Of a stretch of 64,000 nucleotides of DNA, positions 1-10,820 are shown in pieces. Below the pieces are notes generated by a model. The model was not told where the DNA came from. It made no database searches and saw nothing but the letters and a program-made list of their open reading frames with translations. The stretch is from Candidatus Latescibacterota bacterium (lineage in GTDB: Bacteria > Latescibacterota > UBA2968 > SICM01), in contig CBDCJO010000002.1 of NCBI GenBank assembly GCA_965217865.1, forward strand, positions 4,832,001 through 4,896,000. The letters run 5' to 3'. Made by a program: the position numbers and the translations under genes. Every line of letters starts with the position of its first letter. The first letter of the stretch is position 1.

Positions 1-1
1 C

Positions 2-391
2 GGCGCCGTTTTCAGCAGCCTTCTGGGGGTCTGGCAGAGCATTCCTTATCTCTTTGCAGACCTCTGGGGGAAGGTCGGAAATAGCAATCCGACCCGAAAT
101 CGGGTCGTCGATGTCCATTCGAAACCCTACCGCTGGTACCTGTACGGCATGGCCATCATTCCGATGCTCGGGTTGTGGGTCGGGTTCGCAAAAATGCAGA
201 AGCTTTACGCGATCTTCGGGGCGCTATTTATTCCCATGCTGGCCTTCACACTTCTGCTTCTGAACGGCCGAACGGAATGGGTGGGAGCACGCTACCGAAA
301 TCGTCCCCTGACATCCGCCTTTCTGATCGTGATCCTGATGTTTTTCTTGATGGCAGCCTGGTTGACGATTCGTAAGGTGTTCGGGATGTAG
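2..391 (+). CDS. Nramp-family divalent metal transporter, C-terminal part (5' end outside window)
   Basis: Frame from position 2 reads GAVFSSLLGVWQSIPYLFADLW... and continues in frame into ORF 149..391 with hydrophobic helices; this motif is typical of small Nramp-like proteins. Confidence 0.7.
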   Translation, partial: GAVFSSLLGVWQSIPYLFADLWGKVGNSNPTRNRVVDVHSKPYRWYLYGMAIIPMLGLWVGFAKMQKLYAIFGALFIPMLAFTLLLLNGRTEWVGARYRNRPLTSAFLIVILMFFLMAAWLTIRKVFGM

Positions 392-576
392 GGGGAAGCT
401 TATTGAAGAGTGGAGGAGGAGAAAAATCAATTATCTTCTAAAAGCGCGGAATGAATTCCCACGCTACGTATACAAAGTCCGCCGCAGGCGGACTGTCCCA
501 ACCCCATCCTTCGACTGCGTTCCAAAAAAAAAAGCGGAACTCCGCTCAGGAGGTTCTCATTTTGGTTATGATTCTC

Positions 577-3297
577 CTAACTATCGCGGAATACCTTTCG
601 ATCAGCGGTAGTCTGCCGTTTAATTTGCATTTTCCATTTTTCACTTTTCATTTCCCCGTTGACCTCCGATCTCTGGCCTCTTACACCCTGACTTTGGTGG
701 CCGACGGCCAGCCTCCCGTCCTCCAGGCCGATTGTGATCCGGGCGCCGGCTTCGATCTCTCCTCCGATGATGGATCGTCCAATTCGGGTCTCGAGCTCCC
801 GCTGCAGGAACCGCTTGAGCGGGCGGGCGCCGTAGACCGGATCGAAACTCTCCCGGGCGATGAACGCCCGCGCCGTATCGCTCATCTCCAGATGAATTCC
901 CTGATCCTCCAGGCGTTCCGTCAATTCCTCGGTCAGCAGATCCACGATTTTCTCGATTTCGTCCAGCCTCAGGGGTTTGAAGAGCACGATGTCATCAACC
1001 CGGTTTAGAAACTCCGGCCGGAAGTGCTCTTGCATCTCCCGAATCACCGCGTCGCGGGCGTTCTCCTGTATCCGGCCGTCTTCGGTCACACCCTCCAGCA
1101 AGTCCGGTGAGCCGACGTTGGAGGTCAAGATGATCACGGTGTTTTTGAAATCGACCGTTCGACCCTGAGCGTCCGTCAGGCGCCCATCGTCGAGGATCTG
1201 GAGGAGTATGTTGAAGACGTCGTGATGGGCTTTTTCGATTTCATCGAAGAGGAGCACCGAAAAAGGCTTTCTACGCACGGCCTCGGTCAGCTGGCCGCCC
1301 TCCTCATAACCCACATATCCCGGAGGGGCGCCGACCAGTCGCGATATAGTATGCTTTTCCATGTATTCGCTCATGTCGATGCGGACCATATTCTCCTCGC
1401 TGTCGAACAGCGTCTCGGCCAGGGTCTTCGCCAGCTCTGTTTTACCCACACCCGTCGGTCCCAGGAATATGAACGAACCGATCGGCCGACGCGGGTCATT
1501 GATGCCCGCCCGCGCGCGTATCACCGCATCGGCAACGAGAGAGACGGCTTCGTCCTGGCCCACCACCCGTCGGTGTAAAATCTCATCCAGGCGCAGAAGC
1601 TTCTCCCGCTCCCCCTCCACAAGGCGGGTCAAGGGGATTCCGGTCCAGCGGGACACGATCTCGGCGATCTCGTCTTCCGTCACTTCCTCCCTGAGGAGCC
1701 GGGTCCCTTCCTGTTGTCCGTTCATGTTTTCCTCGTGTCCCTTCAAACGCCGCTCCAGTTCGGGGAGGCGCCCGTGCTTCAGCTCGGCTGCGCGGTTCAG
1801 GTCGTACTTGCGCTCGGCGTCCTCGATCTCTCGACGCATCTGCTCGATCTCCTCGCGGAAACCGCGGACCTCCTGGATGGCCTCCTTCTCCGCCTCCCAC
1901 TGGGCGCGCATTCCATCGGCTTGTGTCTTCAGGTCGGCAAGCTCCTTTTCCAATATTTCCAGCCGTTCCTTGCTCGCCTTGTCCTTTTCTTTCTTTAGCG
2001 CGGCCTTTTCGATCTCCAGCTGCATCACCCGGCGGGTCGTCTGATCCAATTCCGCGGGCATCGAGTCGATCTCGGTACGGACCATCGCGCAGGCTTCGTC
2101 CACCAGGTCGATCGCCTTATCTGGCAGGAAACGGTCGGATATATAACGATTTGAGAGCACGGCGGCGTTCACTAGGGCGTTGTCCTGGATCCGGACCCCG
2201 TGATGCACCTCGAACCGCTCGCGGAGCCCCCTGAGGACCGAGATGGTGTCTTCAACGGAAGGAGGATCCACCATAACGGGCTGGAACCGCCGTTCGAGGG
2301 CGGCGTCCTTTTCGATATATTTGCGGTATTCGTCCAGAGTCGTCGCGCCGATGCAGTGCAGCTCCCCACGGGCGAGCATGGGCTTGAGCATATTACCCGC
2401 ATCGGTGGATCCTTCTGTCCGGCCGGCCCCCACAATATTGTGGACTTCGTCGATGAACAGGAGGATTCGGCCTTCACTCTGTTTGATTTCGTTCAGGACG
2501 GCCTTGAGTCGCTCCTCGAACTCACCCCGGTACTTTGCTCCGGCCATGAGCGCGCCCATGTCCAGGGAAAAGATCGACCGCTCTTTCAACCATTCGGGCA
2601 CATCGCCCCGGACGATTCGCTGGGCAAGCCCCTCGACGATTGCGGTCTTACCCACACCGGGTTCTCCGATCAAAACGGGGTTGTTCTTCGTCTTCCGGGA
2701 GAGAATCCGAACGACACGGCGGATCTCCGAATCGCGCCCGATCACAGGATCCAGTTTCCCCCTTTGGGCCAGTGAAACCAGGTCGGTCCCATATTTCTCC
2801 AGGGCTTCGTAGGCCGCCTCGGGCATCGCGCTGGTCACCCTCTGGTTTCCGCGCAGTTTTGTGAGAGCAGACAGAAAATCTTCCCGGGTCACCTTTAACC
2901 TGTTCAGGATCTTACCCGACGGAGTCGAATTCCCCTCCCCGATCAGCGCGAGGGTGAGGTGCTCCACGGATACATATTCGTCTTTGAGCCGCTTGGACTC
3001 GTCCTCGGCCTGAACGAACAGCCTCTGAAAACGTTGGGTCACATAAATCTTATCCGCCTCTCTCCCAGGCCCCGAGACTTGGGGACGGCGGCTCACCTCC
3101 TGTTCAATCTCCTTTTGAAGGGCATCGACCGGGACGTCCATCCGCTCCAGGATTCGAGGAAAAACCCCGCCGGCTTGTTCGAGCAGAGCCAGGAGCAGAT
3201 GTTCCCCATCCACCTCCTGGTGTCCGTAGCGCAAAGCTTTTGTTTGCGCGGACTGCAAGGCTTCCTGGGATTTCTGTGTCAATCTGTTGATGTCCAT
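577..3297 (-). CDS. clpB: ATP-dependent chaperone/disaggregase ClpB
   Basis: Clp N-domain, two AAA+ modules ([16 protein letters not shown]), [11 protein letters not shown], middle coiled coil with [23 protein letters not shown]. Confidence 0.97.
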   Translation of the reverse strand: MDINRLTQKSQEALQSAQTKALRYGHQEVDGEHLLLALLEQAGGVFPRILERMDVPVDALQKEIEQEVSRRPQVSGPGREADKIYVTQRFQRLFVQAEDESKRLKDEYVSVEHLTLALIGEGNSTPSGKILNRLKVTREDFLSALTKLRGNQRVTSAMPEAAYEALEKYGTDLVSLAQRGKLDPVIGRDSEIRRVVRILSRKTKNNPVLIGEPGVGKTAIVEGLAQRIVRGDVPEWLKERSIFSLDMGALMAGAKYRGEFEERLKAVLNEIKQSEGRILLFIDEVHNIVGAGRTEGSTDAGNMLKPMLARGELHCIGATTLDEYRKYIEKDAALERRFQPVMVDPPSVEDTISVLRGLRERFEVHHGVRIQDNALVNAAVLSNRYISDRFLPDKAIDLVDEACAMVRTEIDSMPAELDQTTRRVMQLEIEKAALKKEKDKASKERLEILEKELADLKTQADGMRAQWEAEKEAIQEVRGFREEIEQMRREIEDAERKYDLNRAAELKHGRLPELERRLKGHEENMNGQQEGTRLLREEVTEDEIAEIVSRWTGIPLTRLVEGEREKLLRLDEILHRRVVGQDEAVSLVADAVIRARAGINDPRRPIGSFIFLGPTGVGKTELAKTLAETLFDSEENMVRIDMSEYMEKHTISRLVGAPPGYVGYEEGGQLTEAVRRKPFSVLLFDEIEKAHHDVFNILLQILDDGRLTDAQGRTVDFKNTVIILTSNVGSPDLLEGVTEDGRIQENARDAVIREMQEHFRPEFLNRVDDIVLFKPLRLDEIEKIVDLLTEELTERLEDQGIHLEMSDTARAFIARESFDPVYGARPLKRFLQRELETRIGRSIIGGEIEAGARITIGLEDGRLAVGHQSQGVRGQRSEVNGEMKSEKWKMQIKRQTTADRKVFRDS

Positions 3298-3437
3298 TCA
3301 CGTCTCCTTTAGGGTCTTACATTTCAACTAGGTGGTTCAGCATAATAGAAATGATATGAGTAATGGCTTTAAGTTCGTCGAGCCCGGATAGATCAAATTG
3401 CAAAAAAAACAGATTTTTTCTTCTAAGAAGATCTTTA

Positions 3438-3453
3438 TGCAACCATTGTGCCA
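3438..3453 (-). promoter_or_regulatory. Sigma-54 (-24/-12) promoter upstream of clpB
   Basis: Minus strand reads TGGCAC-AATGG-TTGCA, an exact TGGCAC-N5-TTGC consensus, about 140 bp before the clpB start. Confidence 0.7.
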
Positions 3454-3779
3454 GATCCAAATCGATGTCTATATCACATTGTTATATTTATACTTATAAT
3501 AAAATTTTGCACGATCCAAATAATGGGACGGATTGAGAGGCTTCGGTTGGCAGCATTTCATACAGCCATGTGCCATATGGCATATATCTATGAGGTCCGG
3601 AATTTAAGAAGGGAAGAGGGGAAGTTCCACCGGTTGGAAAGATTCTATGGAGCTTCATCGGATCTTTTTGGCCGTGGCTCTGTCCAAGCGGGCGGAGGCG
3701 GCGGTATCAGGTCCCGGTGAAGTAAAAGGGGATCCTCCGGTTGTTCTGGCCGGAGGCCTTATTTGTGAGGAGGTGGTCG

Positions 3780-4880
3780 TTATGTTTTTCCGATGGAATC
3801 CGTTCCTTGATCCAGTTGAACATTCTGGGTTGGAAGGGCGATGTGCAGCCCAATCTCCTCAAGCAATTCCATAAACTTCAAGTTGATCTCCTCCCGAACC
3901 CGCAGGTGCTCTTCCCATGCAGTCGATTTGGTGAAATAATACACCATGATGTCGCGGGAATATTCGCCGAAATCGGTAAACTTGACGAGCAGGAAGGAGC
4001 CCTGATCGACCCCGGGATGGGCCTTCAGATAGGCTTGGATCCTCTGTAACGCAGTCCGCATCTGTTCTGCGGTCGCGTAATGGGGGACCCGCACAGTTAT
4101 CCAGACTCGACGAGCGGGTCTGAGGTTGACGTTATCGATCACGAACTCGGCGAGCCGGCTGTTGGGAATGGTAATCAGGGTCTGGTCGAAGGTTCGAATG
4201 CGTGTGCTCCGGAACCCGACCTGCTCGACCACGCCCTCGATGTTCCTGTCAGGTGAACGGATCCAGTCTCCTATTACAAAGGGCCGGTCCACGAGGAGCA
4301 TCACCGAACCGAAAAGATCGGACAGTGTCTTCTGGGCGGCAAGGGCAACGGCAAGGCCCCCAACCCCCAGGCCGGCGATCAATCCGGATATGGAGTAGCC
4401 CATGTTCTGGAAGATCATCAATCCGGCCAGGATGGCAACGGCGATCTTGGCCGCACGGCCGACAAGGGGAACGAGCTGGTTGTCGAGGGTGGTGTCGGTC
4501 TTTTCAGCCCAACGGTGGAGGATTATCGTGAGGACATTCACCAGTCGCAGCATAAACCAGCACAGGAGGACCACGATCATGAGCGAGAAGACCGTGTTAA
4601 TCCCTTTTTCGAACCCTGAGGGAGGATTAAAGCTATGGACTGCGAAGTACAGGCCAATCAGGACAACGGTCATTCCGATTGGTTTCTTCAGCGCTTCGAG
4701 CAGGAGATCGTCCAGGTCTGTTTTGGTCAACCGGGTGAGTTTGGCTCCATAACGATTAAGCGCAAAAAGCAGGATCTTGCGGAAGATGAGGGAGCCTAGG
4801 ACAAACCCGAAGGCAAGGATTAGCTGATACGGAGATATCACCAGTAATACCTGTTGGTAAAGCGACTCGAAATCTTTCAT
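3780..4880 (-). CDS. MscS-family mechanosensitive ion channel
   Basis: N-terminal TM helices, GLGVGGLAVALAAQ, DRPFVIGDWI, GFRSTRIRT, IPNS motifs. Confidence 0.93.
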   Translation of the reverse strand: MKDFESLYQQVLLVISPYQLILAFGFVLGSLIFRKILLFALNRYGAKLTRLTKTDLDDLLLEALKKPIGMTVVLIGLYFAVHSFNPPSGFEKGINTVFSLMIVVLLCWFMLRLVNVLTIILHRWAEKTDTTLDNQLVPLVGRAAKIAVAILAGLMIFQNMGYSISGLIAGLGVGGLAVALAAQKTLSDLFGSVMLLVDRPFVIGDWIRSPDRNIEGVVEQVGFRSTRIRTFDQTLITIPNSRLAEFVIDNVNLRPARRVWITVRVPHYATAEQMRTALQRIQAYLKAHPGVDQGSFLLVKFTDFGEYSRDIMVYYFTKSTAWEEHLRVREEINLKFMELLEEIGLHIALPTQNVQLDQGTDSIGKT

Positions 4881-5148
4881 GCTTCAGAGCTCCTTTTATT
4901 CTTATAGGTGACGGTCTCTGTGGAATGTGAGTTTCATGTCCTGTTTCTAGAACCGAAAGTTTACGAAACGGACCTTGATTCGTCAATCGAAAAAGCCGTG
5001 TAAGAAACCGTTCAGTCAAGTTCAAATATTTGTGTACGAACAGGATATCAATAAACGGTAATATGCGCCCCGCCGGGGAAACCAACCCGTAATTTGGAGA
5101 TCGGATTGATATAAGCACGGGTAATCACTTGACATCCCGTGTCGTGGG

Positions 5149-5806
5149 ATGAATATTGCCTTTCCGAGGAGGACGCTTCTAAATGAAAAACATCAGACTT
5201 ATCGTTCTATTCATCCTGGCTATCATTCTGGTATTTACAGGATTTTTTGTTTTTCAAGGTCGTGAAGTGGACGGCCCCCACCGGAGGATTCTCTCCAGGA
5301 TCCGAAGTAACGGTAAATTGATCGTCTTAACCCGCAACGCCCCGACGACATATTACGAAGGTGCAGATGGACCGAGGGGATTCGAGTTCGATCTGGTGAG
5401 TGCCTTCGCCGACCATCTTGGCGTGAAGATTGAGCTGAAGGTCCTGGACAGCATTGCTGAAATTCTAAGGGAGATGATATGAATATTGCCTTTCCGAGGA
5501 GGACGCTTCTAAATGAAAAACATCAGACTTATCGTTCTATTCATCCTGGCTATCATTCTGGTATTTACAGGATTTTTTGTTTTTCAAGGTCGTGAAGTGG
5601 ACGGCCCCCACCGGAGGATTCTCTCCAGGATCCGAAGTAACGGTAAATTGATCGTCTTAACCCGCAACGCCCCGACGACATATTACGAAGGTGCAGATGG
5701 ACCGAGGGGATTCGAGTTCGATCTGGTGAGTGCCTTCGCCGACCATCTTGGCGTGAAGATTGAGCTGAAGGTCCTGGACAGCATTGCTGAAATTCTAAGG
5801 GAGATG
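5149..5806 (+). repeat. Exact tandem duplication (period 330 bp) of the mltF RBS and 5' coding region
   Basis: 5149..5476 matches 5479..5806 base for base, with a 2-bp AT junction. Confidence 0.95.
5183..5482 (+). pseudogene. Truncated duplicate of the mltF 5' end
   Basis: First 98 aa identical to 5513..6901, then a stop at the duplication junction. Confidence 0.85.
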
Positions 5807-6901
5807 GAGAAGGGGGAGGGCGACATTGCAGCGGCCGGTTTGACCCGAACCGAAGAACGCGAGAAGAGATTCCTGTTTGGTCCCAGCTACTATACCGTTC
5901 AGCAGGAGTTGGTTTGTCGTCGTAATTCAAAAATCCCTCGAACCATAGAAGATCTCCCAAACTTTCAAATGTTAATAATTTCGGGGAGCAGTTACCTAGA
6001 AAGGCTTAAGGAATTGCAAGTCCGGTTTCCATCGATACAGTGGGAAACCACGGACGATCTTTCGACCGAACAAATACTGGAAAAGGTATGGAAAAGGGAA
6101 TTGGACTGCACTGTCGCAGACAGAAATATCGTCGCGATCAATCGGCGTTATTACCCACAGCTTATCGTCCCCTTTCCCATCAGTGGGGAACAGCCCCTGG
6201 CCTGGGTATTGAAGAATGGAGGGGAGGATCTAAAAACTGAAATCAAAAATTGGCTTGGCGAATTCCAGAAATCCGGACGTCTTGAGCTTTTGCGGAATAA
6301 ATATTATGCCCACGTCGAAATTTTCGATTATTTCGATGTCGCGGTATATCATAAACGCATTCGTACGCGGTTGCCGCTTTATCGGGAGTGGTTACAACAA
6401 GCGGGGAAAAAATACCGGATTCCGTGGACGCTACTTGCAGCGCAGGGATATCAGGAATCACATTGGGACCAGGAAGCGAGGAGCCCTACGGGTGTGAGAG
6501 GGATTATGATGCTGACCCAGAGGACCGCGGAGTCGCTGGGGGTTTCGGATCGAACCGATCCGTATCAGAGTATCGTGGGTGGGGCGAAATACCTTGCCCG
6601 GATGATCAAGCGTGTCCCGGAAACCGTCGCTGAGGAAGATCGATTAAGGTTTGCGCTTGCCGCTTATAACGTCGGGTTCGGGCATTTGTTGGATGCCCGG
6701 AAACTTGCCGATCGCCTGGGGAAGAACCCGGATATCTGGCCCGCGTTGAAAACCGTGTTGCCCCTGCTTTCTCAAAAGAAATATTACAAACAATTAAAAT
6801 ATGGTTATGCAAGAGGAACAGAGCCGGTTCGATATGTAGAACGGATCGAGAATTATCGAGATATCCTGGAACAGCATATGGATTCGATTCCAGCGTTATG
6901 A
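5513..6901 (+). CDS. mltF: Membrane-bound lytic murein transglycosylase MltF
   Basis: N-terminal TM, SBP_bac_3-like domain, SLT domain motifs YQESHW, GIMML, AAYNVG, GYARG.EPV.YV. Confidence 0.92.
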   Translation: MKNIRLIVLFILAIILVFTGFFVFQGREVDGPHRRILSRIRSNGKLIVLTRNAPTTYYEGADGPRGFEFDLVSAFADHLGVKIELKVLDSIAEILREMEKGEGDIAAAGLTRTEEREKRFLFGPSYYTVQQELVCRRNSKIPRTIEDLPNFQMLIISGSSYLERLKELQVRFPSIQWETTDDLSTEQILEKVWKRELDCTVADRNIVAINRRYYPQLIVPFPISGEQPLAWVLKNGGEDLKTEIKNWLGEFQKSGRLELLRNKYYAHVEIFDYFDVAVYHKRIRTRLPLYREWLQQAGKKYRIPWTLLAAQGYQESHWDQEARSPTGVRGIMMLTQRTAESLGVSDRTDPYQSIVGGAKYLARMIKRVPETVAEEDRLRFALAAYNVGFGHLLDARKLADRLGKNPDIWPALKTVLPLLSQKKYYKQLKYGYARGTEPVRYVERIENYRDILEQHMDSIPAL

Positions 6902-6934
6902 TATTGCTGAATTCAGTCTCAAGATTTTTCGGAT

Positions 6935-7480
6935 CTCCGTGGAATATAATGGACCCTTTCCTCGCGATTGACACCCGGACCTTCGACCTAATCGCGAAGC
7001 CGAGACTAAAGTCAGGGCCTTCTTTCAGCGCCAACGGGGCGTTGTCCCTTAACCCAGGCGAGCCGCCCTGGGTTGTGAAAAATACAATAGCGTCGTGCGC
7101 CTGAAGGCCTCGATAATTTCACTAGAAGATCCCTCACGCACCCTAGAGTTAATCGTATAATCCCTTTGATCTTGTGGGACCCGACTCCAGTCGGGGAATA
7201 AGGCTGTAGGCCATAATGAATGTCTCTTGTTTAAGGGATCCTGGCCCTTCAGAGCCAGTTCCCGGTCTGGAGACCGGTCCCACAAATATTGGCCACATAA
7301 TGCCAGGGGTCAATCCCTGACCCGCGTCATCTATAGGGTTGATCCGGATCGCGGACTGTTGGCCCGCTCGATTCTCGCATTCAAACCCAGCCCGTTGGGC
7401 TGGGCCAAGGAATCACGGGCCGTTGGCCCGCATATGCGTCGCCTCATAGAACCTCACTTTCCACCAAAAACTAGGAAGAT
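6935..7480 (+). mobile_element. Non-autonomous IS200/tnpA-derived palindromic element (copy 1) with a nested second REP-like element at about 7150-7300
   Basis: Left arm (AACCCAGGCGAGCCGCCCTGGGTT) and right arm (CCCAGCCCGTTGGGCTGGG...GAATCACGGGCCGTTGGCCCG) closely match 33416..34255; the central insert matches about 25620..25756. Confidence 0.75.
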
Positions 7481-7586
7481 CCTATTTTTCATATACCTGC
7501 GAAAAATTAACCCCTACCCTTTCGGGCAGGGGTTACGATATGGTAAACGAATCGATGTAAAAGCCTTATCGATCTCACTTCAACTT

Positions 7587-8528
7587 TTAAAACCTCCTGC
7601 CGAACCCGATGTAGAGCGCCGGACCGCCGAAGTCTCCCGGATTCCCGAGGGAGTCGTAGAAGCGGATCAGATTGTATCGGGCATCGACATTTATCGCATA
7701 GAGACGATCCTCGTCGACAACGACATCGAGACCGGCGTTGGCGTAGCCTCCGGCCGATACCGACAGGGTCGGAAAGTCGTTTCCGTTCAACGGGATCGGG
7801 ATGCCGATGTTTACGGATCGCCTCCCTTGTCCCGACCCTACGCCCACGTAAGGCTGATTGTTATAGTTATATATTGACGGAATTCCTTGATGATCCACCC
7901 TTATGATCGGTCCTAACCCGAATCCGATCCGCGGAACGACGCGTCCGGTATCCTTGAATCTCTGCTGAAGCCCGCTGAATAAACCGATGATCGAGACCCG
8001 GTTCGTGAATTCCGGCAGAGCGGCATCAAGCGACCCAAGGCGTCGGCCGTCGAAGGTAGAGAACTCTCCGCTCACATTGAAACCGAGAGTCGGCTTGATT
8101 CGACGGTCGTAGAGCATTCGGAACCCGAATCCGCCGCCGTCCGTCAGAGAAAAATAGAACGAAAGGGCATTCATCTGCTGGTTCAGCCCATAGCCCGGGT
8201 TGAAGATGTTCGTCTGGGCCGGGTATGCCCCCTGCTCCTGCCGTCGGACGGTATTTTCTACATTAATCATGTCCATCGGAAAAAGCCGGTCCCCGAAGGA
8301 AGATGTACCACTCCGGGTACCGCGGAGGGGGATTCCCTGGATCGTCACTCCCAGACTATCCCCCCCGACGTTTACAGATATACCTGATGTTCCTGTGTTT
8401 CCGATTATCCCCCGGCCAAATCCCGTGTCCGAGTCGATGGATCGGAAGTTTATCCGGCTGCCGGCACTCGATTCCCATGCAAAAATAAGAATCGGCGCAG
8501 CGATGAACAGGATGGTCCGGCGGATCAT
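7587..8528 (-). CDS. Secreted protein, probable outer-membrane beta-barrel
   Basis: Signal peptide, Gly/aromatic alternating strands, C-terminal YIGFGRRF. Confidence 0.6.
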   Translation of the reverse strand: MIRRTILFIAAPILIFAWESSAGSRINFRSIDSDTGFGRGIIGNTGTSGISVNVGGDSLGVTIQGIPLRGTRSGTSSFGDRLFPMDMINVENTVRRQEQGAYPAQTNIFNPGYGLNQQMNALSFYFSLTDGGGFGFRMLYDRRIKPTLGFNVSGEFSTFDGRRLGSLDAALPEFTNRVSIIGLFSGLQQRFKDTGRVVPRIGFGLGPIIRVDHQGIPSIYNYNNQPYVGVGSGQGRRSVNIGIPIPLNGNDFPTLSVSAGGYANAGLDVVVDEDRLYAINVDARYNLIRFYDSLGNPGDFGGPALYIGFGRRF

Positions 8529-8777
8529 GGGGTCTCCTTTCGTAAGCCAAAGGCGTAAGGCCAGCTGGCATATGAAGCCGGCTTCCGAATTGGATCCGGC
8601 TGAGGACCCGGCTTGAAATCAAGAAATGTTGTTTGTTCGATTGAAACCAGGAATCACTTCGGTTTCGTGGCCAAAGAACGGCCAGGATTCATTAGAACAT
8701 GGAGCGCAATTACCGTACCAGATTCAACGATCTTTTAAGAACGATCAACTTGCTATTTATAAAGAAAATATAACTGA

Positions 8778-9284
8778 TTGGCCGAAAGTATAATCAGTTC
8801 AGATATGATGTTGAGATGGGACACTGTGATGCCCATTCACACTTTTGACCGTTTTTTACACGTATGGTTCCGAAAGTATGGTTCCGAAAAAACCGCTGCG
8901 GCTGGAGGAATCGGAAAATCCACGCTTTACGAATGGCTTCAGCGCGGCAGTGGGGAGGATGCGGAAAGCCCTTACAATGAATTCGTCGGCGCCATGGCAA
9001 CGGCACTTGCTGAAGCCGAAAGTGAGGCTCTGGGGCGCATCGAAAAGGCCGCACAGCCTCGCGAAGTCACGAAGACCCGAAAGATTTACAAAGGCGACAA
9101 GCTTGTGGAGATATCAGAAGACAAGCAGGTCCGTCCGGGGAGCTGTCAGGCGGCTGCCTGGCTGTTGGAGCGCCGATCCCCCGAGCGCTGGGGGCGAAGT
9201 CCGAAGGACCTGGAGGCGAGGGTCGAGGAACTGAAGAAACAGATTGCAGCACTGACCAGAGGTGAAACTAATCAGAAGTTGTGA
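8778..9284 (+). pseudogene. Phage terminase small-subunit-like HTH protein, probably 5'-truncated
   Basis: AAAGGIGKSTLYEWLQRG HTH, ALAEAES helix and QAAAWLLERRxPERWG motif; the N-terminal 35 aa do not look homologous. Confidence 0.55.
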
Positions 9285-9381
9285 TGAGTGAACTTGCGGG
9301 AGGAGCTTGACGGCGGGCAGGTGCCCCTCATGGAGTGATTCTTCTGGCTCTTACGGACACTCCTGAGGAACATAAATTGTG

Positions 9382-10104
9382 TCATGTCACGGTTTGAGTA
9401 GTTGTGTCTCCTCCGGTTTTTCCAAAATTATTCGCCAAAGTGAAAAAATCATCGAGGTCAACATCACCGTCCCTGTCGATGTCTCCGAGAAGGGGTTCTA
9501 ATATGGGTTCTTCTGTTATGGGTTCTTGGTTGACTGGTAAAATCAGTGGGGACTGATTCGAGTTAATATATACCGTGTCAACTTCCGACCCTGCCCGGAG
9601 CGCAATCCAGAGGGCCCCCAGGGAGCCGGTCGTAAACCCGCCTTTTGTCGTGAACGAAAAGGTGGTTATCGCACCGTCCCCATCTACTGCGGGGGTCCCC
9701 AGCATGGCTGCCCCGAACCTTGATTGGGTATCGAAACCTTCAACATCCGTGTTCGCCACTGTGGTGACGGTCAGTTCAACAGCGCCCGGGAGGTCGTTCT
9801 TAGCCGTGGGGGTATCAAACTGCGCTGTGTTATACCATACAGCCGCTGTGTATCCTGTGGCCCCGTTCAAATTTGTTGCCGAAATCATGAGATTGACAAC
9901 TTCACCTGGCTGGACGCCAGATGTCCTATCCAACGTGGCCGTCCACTGAGCGTTTGCGTTTGGACCCGCACTGCTTGTCGGAGGGAATAGCAATTCGAAA
10001 GTTGAGAACCACAAGAGAGCCAGCATGACACACAAAAAGCCGCACTTGTTGGGTGCGGCTAATTCAAATTCTGCCTTGTCTTTTATTCGCCAGTTCATCA
10101 GCAC
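9382..10104 (-). CDS. Secreted cohesin-like domain protein with C-terminal dockerin/EF-hand-like motif
   Basis: Hydrophobic leader, beta-sandwich with V.YN..QF and G.I.T.SF pattern, C-terminal GDIDRDGDVDLDDFFTLANNFGK. Confidence 0.6.
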   Translation of the reverse strand: MLMNWRIKDKAEFELAAPNKCGFLCVMLALLWFSTFELLFPPTSSAGPNANAQWTATLDRTSGVQPGEVVNLMISATNLNGATGYTAAVWYNTAQFDTPTAKNDLPGAVELTVTTVANTDVEGFDTQSRFGAAMLGTPAVDGDGAITTFSFTTKGGFTTGSLGALWIALRAGSEVDTVYINSNQSPLILPVNQEPITEEPILEPLLGDIDRDGDVDLDDFFTLANNFGKTGGDTTTQTVT

Positions 10105-10379
10105 CCCCCCGATGCGGAAGCTCAGAGCTACACCAGTATACTGAAACTATACCAGGAATATTTGGGATGTCAAGGGAAATCAACGAGGTGGAAGAAAAAA
10201 AAGAAGAACAGCATAAAGCTTGTAAAAATATCCAACTGGGGTGTTCAAAATACCACAAAAGTGTTGAAATTACAAAGCCTGGCACAATCCATGTCTACCT
10301 GGGCAGCCGTCGCGGAGTTGACTCTTTCAGAGATTTCTAAGGATTCTCTGCCTGTCACCATGAACCCGCTCTCGGGAAC

Positions 10380-10460
10380 CGCAAGGCGGTCCACCCAATC
10401 GAGCAGTTCCGACTCCCGGAATCTTACGTGACCCTTTTTACCAGGGAACTTGATGTGGGG
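10380..10460 (-). pseudogene. Remnant of an excisionase-like (HTH_17) DNA-binding gene
   Basis: Minus strand translates PHIKFPGKKGHVRFRESELLDWVDRLA, the typical wing and C-terminal helix of excisionase-family proteins; no intact N-terminus. Confidence 0.5.
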
Positions 10461-10820
10461 GTCTCCCCTCGGCGGAAAGGGTCAGAGGTTTCTCAAGATT
10501 CGGGGTCTGTCGGTCGCGAAGTTTCGCTCGGGTACATAAAAGCTATCAGCCCAATCTTTCAGTTCAGATTCGCGGAAGCGAATTTCAGAGGCTTCCGAAA
10601 CGTTAATCAAAGGCTCCGTCGTCTTCTTAGGCATGGGTCGGTTCCAGTGGCGACTTACGAGTTAGATTTTGCTGCCAAATTCCCTGACACGGGTTTCAGG
10701 ATACGGGTTGATGAGAGTTCGTCGATTCTGGAGGCTAAAGCCGCTTCTACAGGCGGTGGGGATGAAGTCTGGGGGGAGGTCGCGGGGGAGGGATGGAGCG
10801 CCCTTATGCAGCGGATAGGC

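Noticed and set aside
3647-3720. MELHRIFLAVALS... resembles the N-terminus of RNA 2',3'-cyclic phosphodiesterase ThpR
   Set aside because: Only about 15 residues of resemblance, no HxT motifs, and the ORF runs antisense into the MscS gene
8668-8681. GTGGCCAAAGAACG also occurs at about 51984, considered as an att direct repeat
   Set aside because: Only 14 bp, 43 kb apart, enclosing housekeeping genes and no integrase
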